64,000 bases of DNA, taken from the human T2T-CHM13v2.0 reference genome, Homo sapiens. The stretch lies in assembly GCF_009914755.1 (NCBI RefSeq), contig NC_060937.1; one strand, written 5' to 3'. Below the pieces are notes generated by a model. The model was not told the DNA's origin. It ran no database searches and saw nothing but the letters and a program-made list of their open reading frames with translations. The position numbers were made by a program, and so were the translations under genes. Positions 1-13,760 of the stretch are shown in pieces; position 1 is the first letter of the stretch; each line of letters starts with the position of its first letter.

Positions 1-2390
1 GTTATATAAGATCCCATGGCACCTGAGGCATCTGTGGTAGAAAAAATATGTCATGTGGATTACCAAGTGTTTGCTAAGATTGACAAGTATTGGTAAAACA
101 GTCATAGTGTACAGAAATGCAAGGGCTCTAGAATAAGGAAAGTCCATCTGCAGCAGAAAACTAGAAAATATTTGCACATCAGCTCTTGGCATATTTCTGT
201 GACCTACTGGAAAGAGCATCTGATCACGGGACAGCAAGCGGCCACATGTCCTAAACTTTTCATATGAGGTAGACACTGGCAGATCCACGAAGTCGTAAGT
301 GTGGGTCTGCAGCAATCCATCCCAAAATGGAAGAGAGCTCAAGCATACCCAGAGAGGACAAGTAAGCTGCCTAAACATGGCCCCAAACCCCACGTCGCCC
401 GTTTTTTGTTTTTTTTGTTTGTTTGTTTGTTTTTTGGTAGAGGTGGGGTTTCACCATGTTGGCCAGGTTGGTCTCGATCCCTTGACCTCGTGATCTGCCC
501 ACCTCAGCCTCCCCAAATGCTGGGATTACAGGCGTGAGCCACTGCGCCTGGCCCCCCATGTCACCTTCTAATGCTAAACCAGTGCCTCTTCCTCAATTGA
601 TAGCTATGGCCCCATGGCCTCTCTATGAGGAGCTGATGAAGGAGGAAAACACCTGAACTTGGTTCATAAGTGGGTCAGCTTGGTATGACAATATAAGCTA
701 AATATTGACTTTTTTTTTTTGTTTTTCACAACAACTGTTCTCAAAAACGGCCCTGAATGAGAGCAGTAAAAGAAATTCTCTCAATGTGCACAGACTAGGG
801 TGGTTTCAGTGGAGATAGAAAAGCCTAAGAAAGGGTACACATACTCTTAGGCAATACAGATTGGCTTGCTTTGTGGGTCAGGTTATTGGAAAAAGTGATA
901 TTGAAATAGTGATGACAAGGAGACCTGGGGAAGAGGTATGTGGATGGACCTATGGACACAGGAAACAAGTGTGAAGATCTTTGTATCACAAATCAGTGCC
1001 CACAAGAAGCATCACTAAACAAGTAAATAGAGAACTGATTATCCAGCCAATACATTTCTGCCAGTCTATGTTCTAAGTTAACACAGTGCTTATGCATTGG
1101 ATTCCTGAATATTAATGCTATGGTGGCAGAAGTATCTGATATGTATGGGCCCAATTGCACAGGGTTCTTCAAACCAAGTGCTGACTACTTATGCTACAGA
1201 ATAAATGACGTGCCAATGGTGGAGACCAAAACTGAGCTCCAAATATGATACCTTCATCAAATAGAACAACCAGCTTCTTAGATGCAAGCTGATTAGATCA
1301 GATCCCTTTCACACTGAACAAGCAATATTTCATGTTGATTGAGATTGTCAAATTTTTTTCATGAATTTGCCTTTATTGCCTATAGAGCCTGCAGAGGCAT
1401 TATCCAAGGGCTTCTAGATTATTTAATCTTCCAAAATGGGATCCCACATAACATCTCTTCACACCAAGGAACCTGCTTGCCAGCAAAGAATGTATACTGA
1501 GCACATGACAATGGAATCCATTTGCTCCATCCAAATGCTGCATTATAAGTTTCTTTCTGACAGAGCAATGAAATAGCATTCTGAAGACACAGCTGAGAAG
1601 CCAGCTAGGAGATGATAATCTTGGGAAAAAGGCTCTATCTTTCAAGATAGAATATATATCTTAATCCAATGCCATTATATGGTACTATGCCCATATCACA
1701 GTAGAATACATGAGCCCAGAAAACAAAAGGTGTAAGTAGGAGTGACCCCACCCCCTAACACTACCAGTGACCTGCTTGAGTAATTTGTGGCTCTCCTTCC
1801 TAGTTTCCAGAAGAAAAGTGCTTCCACTGGATGGGCACAGTAGGAGTCCCACTAAACCTTAGGCTGTAGCCACTAGCTGGCCGTTTTAGGCTCCTTGTGC
1901 TAACAGGCCAACAAGAGAAGAAAGGAGTTAATGTTCTGGTACAAGTAATTGATCCTGAGCATCATGAGGGGAGCAACTGCTGCCACATTAGAGGAGGAAA
2001 GAGAAATTGGTTTGTATTTAGGTGACCTGTCACAGAATCTCTTGTGTCTATTTTTAACTCCAAATAGGCAAGTATAGCAATTATAGCTCAATGAGGGCCT
2101 GGTAACCCTTCATGAAGGTCTGGGTCAAGCTACCCTGTGAAGCACCTAGATAGGCAAAAGTACTAAACACCTAATGGGAATCTAGATTTTAAGAGGAATC
2201 CAAAATGGAGAGATAATGAGTAGCAGCAAGGAGTTCAATAGCAATTGCATAGCAAGGGCTACAATCGATCACACCCTTCCTCATTTTGTAAGTTATTCCA
2301 GACATTGTAGTCATTGAAATTTTGGAAAAAATTGCCAGAATGAAATGAATTTAATGTTAGAGACAGAGTTGAATGACAAAAGAGGTAACT
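1..2390 (+). mobile_element. ERVL-class endogenous retrovirus internal region (decayed pol: RNase H/integrase; ERV3-16A3-like)
   Basis: Degenerate ERVL pol motifs on +: WFISGSAWY at ~660 (cf. WFTDGSARY), VKIFVSQISAHK at ~971, MQAD*IRSL at ~1282 (cf. WQVDYIGPL) and GIPHNI at ~1438. Purine-rich PPT-like tract just before the LTR at 2391. Multiple stops and frameshifts. Confidence 0.8.
401..553 (-). mobile_element. Alu left monomer with A-rich tail, inserted in ERVL
   Basis: Reverse complement of the Alu left arm (ends ...actgcgcctggcc). T-rich tail at 401-435. Flanking repeats ccccacgtcgcc (388-399) and ccccatgtcacc (554-565). Confidence 0.9.
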
Positions 2391-2958
2391 TGTTGTGGCT
2401 GCTTTTGGTGCTCCACCCAGATCCATTGTACAGTCTGTTTCTCCTATCCCCCAGCTGTTGTGAGTCTTGGCCAGTAACAACTCACAATTATCCCCTTCTC
2501 CAGAGACTTGTCTTAACCTAACAGGAATCAGCTGGCCAGTAACAACTCCACAATTATCCACTTCTCCAGAGACTTGTCTTGACCTAACAGGAATCACCTG
2601 GCCAGTAACAACGCACAAGCACAATTATCCCCTTCTCCAGAAAATTGTCTTATCCTAACGGGAATCCCCATACCTGATAGACTCTATCCTACCTCAGAGG
2701 AATGAAGGCAATGAACGACTGCCTCAAGGTAGGACTCTTTGTTGAAATTTGGTCCACAGAGATTTCCTGTGTGATAAGACTCAGTGTAATCTCACACAGA
2801 GATTACATTACTTAGCTTCCACTTCTCCTCTTCCTATTCTACTTCCTTCATTCCCTTTCTCTTTTTTCCCCCTTTCTCTTAAGAGCACATTCCTGATGAA
2901 ACGCTAGAAGTAAAATCCCCATTTCATGCTCTACTTCTAGAGGACTTGACCTAAGACG
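2391..2958 (+). mobile_element. ERVL 3' LTR (LTR16-like)
   Basis: Starts TGT after the PPT and ends ...ctctacttctagaggacttgacctaagac, resembling LTR16-family termini. Abuts ERVL internal sequence. Confidence 0.7.
2468..2667. repeat. Tandem triplication of a ~65-bp unit inside the LTR
   Basis: Units start tggccagtaacaac at 2468, 2533 and 2599. Each continues caattatcc.cttctccaga...ttgtctt.acctaac.ggaatc. Confidence 0.95.
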
Positions 2959-3349
2959 TGGCATGTGTGTTGTTTCCTTTATCCAGAGGATACAATTCCA
3001 ATTATCTAGCTAAGAAATTCCTAGCTATACTTCAAATCTAACAAATTGCCTTCTATTCAGGAAAGATTTCATAGATATTTAGAGTCAGGTTTCTATTTTC
3101 TCTCTTAGCCTTCTAGGCCTATGTCCATGTTAGCTCTGATTTGCTGTATTATAATTGTTGGGTTTCCTCTCTTACACTGGAACAAGTATTCATTCATTCA
3201 CTCTTCTTTTTTTATTTTTTCTTTTCTTTTCTTCCATTCCATTCCTTCCTTCTTTCTCTCCTTTTTCCTTCTTTTATTATTTTAACATATATTTAGTACT
3301 ATGTATGAAAAAATATGCCAAAACTCTGAGTAGCAGTGCTAAATCAATT

Positions 3350-3418
3350 TATAGGAGGCCATTGTTTTGGTCTAAGCTTCTACACTAGGCCACAGACCAA
3401 ACCAAAATGGAAGCAACT
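3350..3418 (+). mobile_element. Short ERV1-class LTR fragment (MER4-group-like)
   Basis: aggaggccattgttttgg...cactaggcc...agaccaaaccaaaatgga resembles the 5' part of MER4-group LTRs. Family uncertain. Confidence 0.45.
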
Positions 3419-5720
3419 AAATCATTCCATTGGACACCTTGACTGTCCATTGTAATACCCAGGTCCTTGAGCTATTGTACAGGGCTGGGGCCATGGGAGA
3501 CAGTGTTGGTGGCTGTGGGGTGGAGTGGGTCATTCAAGTGGAGCAGGAGCTTCACTAGCTGTTCTAGGTTACCCCCATGAATGGTATATAGAGCATTTTT
3601 AGCCAATTTCTTCCATTGAAATTCATCCAAAAATGGGTTTGAACATATGTTATTACTTAATAAAATGTGTAACAATTGGCAGATTTAAAAAAGTAACTGA
3701 ATAATTCTCAATAAGTCAATTACCACAAATTTAAAAATCTATGCATCAAAAATAAACACTTGGCTAAAAAATTGCATTAAGTTTTGCTTATTTCTCCATT
3801 ATCTTTTAAGAAGTCACCTTTGGCACCATGATGATGCAGTGTGTCTTTGAGACACTCTTCTTGGCTCCTAATACACTAATTGACAGATTTTTGCTGGCAT
3901 CACCTAGGGCACAAAGTAACCATTTGTCCTTCATGTTCAGCCTATGCTCAAGATCGAAAATCTCAGAGATTCTACTTGATATCAGTGTTGCAGTGTGTGA
4001 AGAACGTACGAAATCCCCAAACAGTAAGTACATCTGTGAGGTTTGAGAATTTTATTTAGACACTTGTGCAGAAGTCTAGAAGGCACTACATTTTTGGCTT
4101 TGGGTTTGGGATCCAGGAAGATCACTTTATATTGACTTTTTCTAATTTGATTACCTTTTATCATTGTTGTTGAATGGAATTATGCTTCAGAAAGAGAACC
4201 ATGGTTGAAATAACGTCTAGGAATTCATTTGGCTTTCCAGAAATTTTTCTGAAGTATCCGTCTACTTCACTATGTTAACCCAACTTGGCTGAAGCTTGTG
4301 TTTTAAATCAGTGCCAATTAGAGCAGTGGAACTTAGAGACCCAGTTTATGAGTGATATCATGAGATATTAATGGATTTTTTAATAGTGGTCCTAAGTACA
4401 TAGAGACTTTCTATATCCATAGAATAAGGCCCCCATATTTGCCAAGAAATCTGGACCTAAAATATATTGGCTTTTGGAAGTCAAATTAACACAAAGTCAA
4501 ATAACACTATCTATGTAATAATTATGTGATTCAAAGGTGGGATGGAAGCACATTTAAAGAATATAATAAAAGTTGAGTAAATTAATAAATCAATGCTTAA
4601 CTAAATGAAAGAAATTCCTATTTTTTACTTCAGGCTCATAGGATATCATAAAAATTTAATGCACAACATCTGAAAACATTTTTACTTGATTTCCTCGTCT
4701 CTTAAAATGTGTCACATCCCAGGTTTTTTTAAGCCTTCCATTTTTCCGCCTTCTTCCACCAGAAATACTCTACTATGATATCCCAGCTCAAGTCACTACT
4801 ACGCCCTCTTCTCCTTCCTCCACTTTGCCACTTTGGCTCTTTCTGTTAGATATTTTCTTATATCTATATTCCACTTTGACTCATTTGCTGATTTGCATAA
4901 GGAATGCAAATGATTTTCTTCATAAGGTGAATACAAAGTAGAATTTGAAAATTGGTCAGGATTTGCACCCACAATTAACAAATTGGAGGAGGGTGTTTTC
5001 TTAATCTGTTTTTTCCTCAGCAGGTACAATGACTATGAGAATTTCTCCCTCTTAAGAGTATGTATGTAAAGGTGTGTGTGTATTTACCTTAGCCCTGATA
5101 ATGTTAGAACTCATTATTAATTAAAGGTAAAGAGGGACCTATTTATGAAGATATTGGAGGTTTTAGAGAGTAAGAAATACATATGTGAAAGGAAAATGAG
5201 AGATATGCTAAAGGAAAAATTGCAACAATGAAAGATGGCCCAACCCCTTACATATAGGGCTGGACTGAGGCAGCTAATTAGTTATAAGCTGTCAGCCTGT
5301 TTACTAACAGTGTATTCCAGAACGATCCCAGACAGTGAACTGGAGTGACCCAGGTAGTTACAACAACCTTGGAAAGCTGTAAAACATAAAAAGAGCAATA
5401 ATGCATTCAACTGGGTAACCACTTACACATGGATAAAGCAACTACATAATACTTCTGTACCAGTATGGAAAAATGTAGGCAAATAATGAACAACATTTTT
5501 CAGGTTTTATTCTGTGTGTTTTTCAGATTTTATTCAATGTGTTTTACAGTGACACAGTTTGTGTTTGGTAGTGAGGGGAAATCAGGATGCCACATTTAAT
5601 GAAAGAGCATGCCTGGGAAATGTATGGATTTATTTTGAAAGGGAAGTCCTGAGAAGAAATGTATAAAAAAAAAGTCAAGGTTAAGTCTATCTTTGAATTA
5701 GACACTATATCTACAATAAA

Positions 5721-5853
5721 TAGAGTAACAATATAATTTATTTTCCAAACTGGGACACTTGTGAGCGTGAAAGGGAATGCTATTAATAGTTACCAAGAAA
5801 CAATAAATACGGATTAGGACTGAACTGGGCAAATAGGATATGTGGTGCCTGTA
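5721..5853. mobile_element. MER81 (hAT-Blackjack MITE)
   Basis: tagagtaacaatataatttattttccaaactgggacactt...gtgaaagggaatgctattaata...gggcaaataggatatgtgg matches the recalled MER81 consensus over ~130 bp. Confidence 0.8.
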
Positions 5854-7039
5854 ACAACAGAAGCTGCATCTTGGATTAAATTATCATTCTCAAGGAAGTA
5901 TCAGTGTGCATGATTTGTGAAAGTAACACATATTTTTGGCAGTCAATAGCTAATTGACATTACAGCTCTAATGACCTCCACTATGCTGAAAGGAGAACGA
6001 TATTAGGAAGATGTACTTATGAGATAATAAGCAGAAAGAATGGAAGTGTGGCTGTATGCCCAGTTTTGGTACTAAGAATAGGTCTACTAGATAGATCTAA
6101 GAGAAAGGAGAAAGAGACACACCAAATAAAAGTAAATATGGAATTATGTTGATGCTAGAATATAGACCATGGAGCATCAAAAGCTACTTGACATAGCCAG
6201 GTAAGAGCAGAACAATACTGGGATACTAAGTGAACACTACTACCAGTAATACAAAGCCATCAAAATCACCACGTGATCTTACTATGGAAATGGCCTGCCA
6301 CATTCTGAGCAAAATAGGGATTTTTTTTTTCAGAACCAATGTGTCATGCTGTCATAACACAGAGACTCTAAAACGTTAAAATTAATTCCAGCTTTATCAT
6401 AATGTTTACAATTAAAAAATTATAGTACCATCACCATAATTACAGACATCAGCTGAAAGATATATTTTAATTTTAAAAAGACAATTAGTAAAAATATGAA
6501 TTACTTCTAGGAAATACATAAGTTTAGGAAATAAAGCTAAAATCAGATAAAAGGTTAGATCATGTTGACATACCCCCAAACTGGATAGATTCAAGATTAA
6601 AATATCTCATGTGTGCTATTTCTCATATTTCCAGTGATCAGCTGGTACTCCAGGTGATAAACAATGATCAGATTTCTTGGAACTCCATTATCGGTACTAA
6701 GATTTTTATTAGTTCCAATTCTCTTGAAATTCACAGGAAATGAGAATATACAATATGTAGAGACTGTCTTATAGATGAAATGAGCAAGTTTCATCAATTG
6801 AGTTAATTATACTGGTATTGGAGAACTAATTTTAAAAAGCATTATTAAGATTTTGCCAATAGGTGAAGACATGTAGCAGTTAAGAATTTTCCAGTAGTAC
6901 CAATCACTTGTGCCTATGCTTATAATACTAGGAACGATACAGGGTGAGTTCTGAAAGACATATTTAGATAGTCAGTTGTCTAACAGACACAATATCTGCG
7001 GACCTCAGACAAATTAAAAACAACATAGATTATTGCTAT

Positions 7040-7480
7040 AAACTTATTATTATTCTGAAGTATTCACTGCTCACTTCTCCAAAAAAGAACGCTGTGTCCT
7101 CTCTCATTGCCCTGCAACTTTCCGCATCTCTATTCCCTAGAGGAGAAATATACTTCATGGACAAATTAACATTGATTTTTGGCCATGTGATTGGATTTGT
7201 CCAATGGGATATGACCATGTATAAATGATGCCATTTACAAGCAGAAATTTTAAGAGTCATTTTTATTTCCCATGAGAATGGCATGTTTGCAACAGAAGCT
7301 GTTTCTTTAGCTCGAGAGTGGAACTAAAGCAGAGCCACAAGAGCCAAGTGACGGGTAGTGACTTTACAACACGAGTGAGAAATGATTATACATTGATGAA
7401 AGGCTCAATGTTCAGTGGCAATGTAAGCCACCAAAAATTTCGAGATTTTTTAATTAGGGCAAAGTTAATACACGTAACCT
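7040..7480 (+). mobile_element. MaLR LTR (MLT1I/J-like), decayed
   Basis: ggccatgtgattggatttgtccaatgg, gcagaaattttaagagtc, ccatgagaatggcatg and tgtaagccac motifs typical of MLT1 LTRs. Confidence 0.6.
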
Positions 7481-8574
7481 TCAAAAGATATAAGATCTGG
7501 GTAGATTAGTTGCAGTTTAAAGGAAATAAGGTAAATATATCTTCTTTATAAACTCTAAATTGATATAGTGTTGCTAAACAAAAATCTAATCAAGGAAAGA
7601 AGGTATGAATGACTACAATGAACTCAAAATGTTACTAAGTCTATTAGACCTTAATGTCATACATCGAAAAATACTCTAAAATGTGGAGTTGTAGCTAATG
7701 TTCTCTATTCTCTTGAATTAAAAATTGATTCTACTCCATATCACCAAAGGAAATACATCAAAGTTCAAAGTGTGTCACACTGAAGGTAGGCAGAAAACAG
7801 AAAGAATTCCATCAGCAACTTATCTAGTTATAAGAACACTTTCAAGAACAGAGGTAGCATTCATTAAGTCAGGGCTTGGAAGGTTTCTTGCTATACAGAT
7901 TATCCAGAAATCATAGGAAGATTAGAAAATAAGCAGACATAGGTAAAGGAATTAAAGAAAAATAACTGTGAGTCCCAACTTGAAGGAGTGCATCTTCCCC
8001 AAAAGGAAAATAATCTGGTTGTTGGTTGTATAATGTAATATGTTCAGCTAATTTTCAATAACAACCGGCCAAGGAGAGAGGTGCATCAACTAATATAGAA
8101 ATTAGTGAAAGAGACTGTAGCTGTACTTTTGCTTGGCTTCATTACATTTAATGCAATTTTTAACCTTCATGCAATAATAACTGCAAATTTATGATTATTG
8201 TAATTAAGTGCATACAAAAAGAGAGAGTCCTGTGGTATAAGTTTACTGAGGATTTTACTATGTGGAAATGAAGTATAGGTGGTGAAAGAGGAATTGCCTG
8301 TTTAAAGGGAGCGCCAGAAATGGTTGATTGTAGTGGTGATGGTGGGAAGGGGTGCTTTCAAATTTCAGAACTAGTCTTACCACTAAATCTATTATTGGCT
8401 TACGCTGGATAAATGTAAACTATTTCCCAGTGGAGGTATCTATATGAAACTATTAGAGAATGTTATGTTCTAATCAGAGGGAATGTGATCACATGAGAAT
8501 ATCTGTACTTTATTATAAATGAAATATACTTCATATACAAGTAGGAAAACCTAGGCAGTTTTGATTGACCAATT

Positions 8575-8616
8575 AGTAGATGGATAGTAGGATAGATAGG
8601 TAGATAGGTAGATAGA
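8575..8616. repeat. (GATA/GGTA)n simple repeat
   Basis: gatagataggtagataggtagatag. Confidence 0.8.
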
Positions 8617-8622
8617 AAAATA

Positions 8623-8819
8623 CAGTCAGATGTCCCTTAACAATGCAGATACATTCTGAGACATATAAGCCAGCTTTGTCATTATGCTAACATCATAGAT
8701 TATATTTACACGATTCTACACAGTATAGCCTACTACACACCTGGGCTATATGGTATAGCTTAATGCTCTTAGGCTACAAACCTTAGTTGACTGAAATATC
8801 ATTATGTAGTGCCTGACTG
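8623..8819. mobile_element. Tigger3 (Golem)-family MITE, internally deleted
   Basis: TA-cagtc...gactg-TA termini. Internal tatagcctactacacacctgggctatatggtatagc...aggctacaaacc is characteristic of Tigger3. Confidence 0.85.
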
Positions 8820-9845
8820 TATGCTGATGGGAATTCAAAATGCAATGAGAACACAAAGATTTCAGGAGCTAGTGTCCTTACAATTCCCAGGGAGAAAATA
8901 ATGGATCCCTGAAATTCAGTAAGCCTTGGAAATTATGTCAGGAGGCTGGGTAGCTGTGCTGTAATACTTTGGTAATAAAGGAAAATTGTCCCCTGATGAT
9001 TGAAAAAGATTCTATGACTCTAAGGTCAAAATGTTCTTCTTATTTGGTGAAGTGATAATCAGATTCTAGCCCCAGAGGGGCTGAGCAAAGGGAATGTAGA
9101 TACAGGATATAACTTCAAATTTATAATACAATATAATGTGCAAAAGATATGGGTCATGCAAAGACATGTGTGTGGTCAAGGGGAAATTTACAGAGCAGCT
9201 TTTCAATTACATTAGAAAGAGATGCAATGTTCCAAGGTTCCTGAGGACAAAGGGCAATTCTCACTCACTAATGGAAATTAACTCTGGCCTTTCTTCAAAC
9301 AAACAAACAAACAAAAAAACAAAAAACAAAAACAGAATCCACAATTTGCCTTTATCTGGGCACTGAAGAATTTACTCTCCAGTTACTTGCAAGTGGAAAG
9401 ACTTGTGGTCTAAGGATACAATTTTGAATCCAAAATAGTTTCATATTAAGGGATGAATATAGAAAATTAGCCTTTGAATATTGTATTGATAGCATTCAAG
9501 ATAGGGTCAGGGTAGGATGACAGGAGCAAACAATTTAAATGGGGACACCATCTACCCTACGCAACTCATTAATTTTCAGCAAAAAATAAGAAGAGCTGAA
9601 GCAAGGATTTCAGGACTCTGGAAACATTTCTACTATCTTTCCACCAATACACTGAAACAAACATATTATTGCAGTAATAGCTGTAGTTTCTCCAAAATGA
9701 ATATAGGCTTTTCTCAACAATTATCAATCCATTAAGGTCGTTAAAGAGATCCTAGCCTATAAAAGATTTTCCTATAAAAGACTTTTCTCCAAGAATACTG
9801 ACTTAAACAGTGGATTCACATTGAGAGTGGAAAATGTAATGGATT

Positions 9846-10180
9846 ATAAATATATATATATATAAAATATATGTGTATATATATGTGTGTACATATGTGT
9901 ACTATACATATATTATATATAGTAATATAGTATATAATACAATATATTATGTTATATATGCATGTATAATATATATTATATATACACATATACAAATGTA
10001 TATTTATAATACCTATAATGCAATATATTATGAATATACATATATCTATAGGTATACTTATATAATATAGCTATAATACTATATATTATGAATGTATATA
10101 TAACATATAAAAATTACGTATAATGCAATATATTATATAACATTTCATATATATAAGATAATATATACTTATGAAAAAAT
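9846..10180. repeat. Degenerate (TA)n / AT-rich low-complexity tract
   Basis: Mostly A/T alternation. ORF 9873-10070 (Y/I-rich) is an artefact of it. Confidence 0.9.
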
Positions 10181-10191
10181 ATGTTTAGGGG

Positions 10192-10374
10192 CCTCTTCCA
10201 TTGAATACCCTCTAATGTGGTAGTTTAAGGCAAGCTCCATATCCTAAGAATATTGGAAATTGAACTTTCTGAAATTGAGGAAAATGACTAAAATCAATAA
10301 GGGTAATTCTAACTTATGAAAATGTTTTAGGCATTGCCTTTAATAACAATTAAAAATGAAATATTTAATTGGTT
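10192..10374 (+). repeat. Local dispersed duplicate, copy A (partner 11358-11537)
   Basis: Colinear match from cctcttccattgaat to aaaatgttttaggcattgcctttaataacaattaaaa...tttaattggtt, roughly 80% identical by eye. Confidence 0.9.
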
Positions 10375-10461
10375 ATATATAATATACATATACACACATA
10401 TATGTATTCATATATATGTAATATATACACACATATGTATAAATTCTTCATAAATTGTGTA

Positions 10462-10541
10462 CTAGGTTGGTGCAAAAGTAATTGCGGGTTTTGCCATTAA
10501 AAGTAATGGCAAAAACTGCAATTACTTTTGCACCAACCTAA
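10462..10541. mobile_element. MADE1 (Hsmar1-derived mariner MITE)
   Basis: 80-bp near-palindrome taggttggtgcaaaagtaattgcgg...gcaattacttttgcaccaacctaa. Confidence 0.97.
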
Positions 10542-11357
10542 GATAATTATATATAATATATAATATTACATATAATATACATATATACACACACATGTAT
10601 TCTTCATAAATTGCAGTAACTTGAAAGCAGTTGGGAAATTAGAAAATAAAATCATCTTACGGGGAGAAACATTTATTTAGTTATATCCTTATCTTCTTTC
10701 TATTTTTATGCCAGCGTGAGAACTAGAAAAATTCTAGAGGAATAACTAGATTTTATTTTATTAATTGTTTGGAAATTCCTTATCCCCTGCTTGCTATCCC
10801 TTGCTTGCCCTTTATAGGTACACAAATCACAGAGCATCATATTGAAGAATGTGTCCTATAGTTAGTCAATTTCTAATTCACTTGAGAATATGGATCATAT
10901 GTAAGAGCAGGTATGCCATTATGTGAAAAGTAATCTGAAAAAAGGTAAATTAGAATATAAATTTTGGGAAATTTACATATTTATCCAAAATCTAGATGGC
11001 AAATACAATTTCTACCTTGAATCAATTTGTCTGCCCTGACAGACAAAATGGTGCTAGTGACCTGAAACTGAACCTCTAAGTTCTGGGACCTGATGGAATT
11101 ACACTTGGTCTTTTGATGTGTATGTGTCTCTAACCTATTTAAGGAGAGATTTGTACTATTGTTTTGCAAATAAAGCAAACTAAAGTCTGATGGGATTTCA
11201 CTGTGAGAGAACTTGAGGGGAATAGTCATTGAGGAACTTTCACTGTGACACTAGGAAAGTTTATTAAAATATAAAAAGAGTCAGATCTGTTCTTTCATAT
11301 GTTATCTATTATCCTAGAAATATCTTGATGACACTATTCTGCTGTTGGCTGTAGGTA

Positions 11358-11537
11358 CCTCTTCCATTGAATGACCTCAATGTGATAGATTAATGCAAGC
11401 TCCATGTGTTAACAATCAGTCAATTGAACTTTGTGTAATTCAGGAAAATGATTAAATCAATGACAGGAATTCTAATTTATAAAAATGTTTTAGGCATTGC
11501 CTTTAATAACAATTAAAAGTGAAGTGTTTAATTGGTT
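11358..11537 (+). repeat. Local dispersed duplicate, copy B (partner 10192-10374)
   Basis: Same alignment as copy A. Confidence 0.9.
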
Positions 11538-11619
11538 TTTGTCTGTTGTGTTTTGAGTTTTGCATTTTTAAAAAATATGAGATTATGCTCAGTCCAGAGT
11601 GGTACTTTCGGAAACTAGA

Positions 11620-13440
<1,821 letters not shown>

Positions 13441-13569
13441 ATTTGATTTAATTGTGTAATTAATCAAACCTAGTAGAGACAGGAGTTGCTGCGATGCACA
13501 GCCTCCGAGCTCCTGAAGAGGAACAATAGAGGCAGGTGCATATCCTGAAAATGAATGTTTAGGACACCA

Positions 13570-13760
13570 CAGGCTCTTCTAAATGTTCACACACATTAAC
13601 ACATTTAATTCCCAGCCATATGAGATAGAAACTACTAATATCTTCGTTTTATAGATGAGAGATTAAGTAAATTGCTCAAGGCAAATTTTGTGCCTGGTAG
13701 AGCCAGCAATCAAACCTAGAAAACTTGACTCCAGGGTCAAGGCGGCTAGCCACTACCCTG
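13570..13760 (-). mobile_element. MIR
   Basis: catttaattc...ttttatagatgaga...attaagtaaattgctcaagg core. Confidence 0.65.

Noticed and set aside
2468-2667. Repeat array as CRISPR-like
   Set aside because: Units are contiguous with no unique spacers, the context is eukaryotic, and there are no cas genes.
3472-4046. Overlapping short ORFs in non-repetitive sequence
   Set aside because: No recognisable domain and no convincing splice sites. Lengths are compatible with chance.
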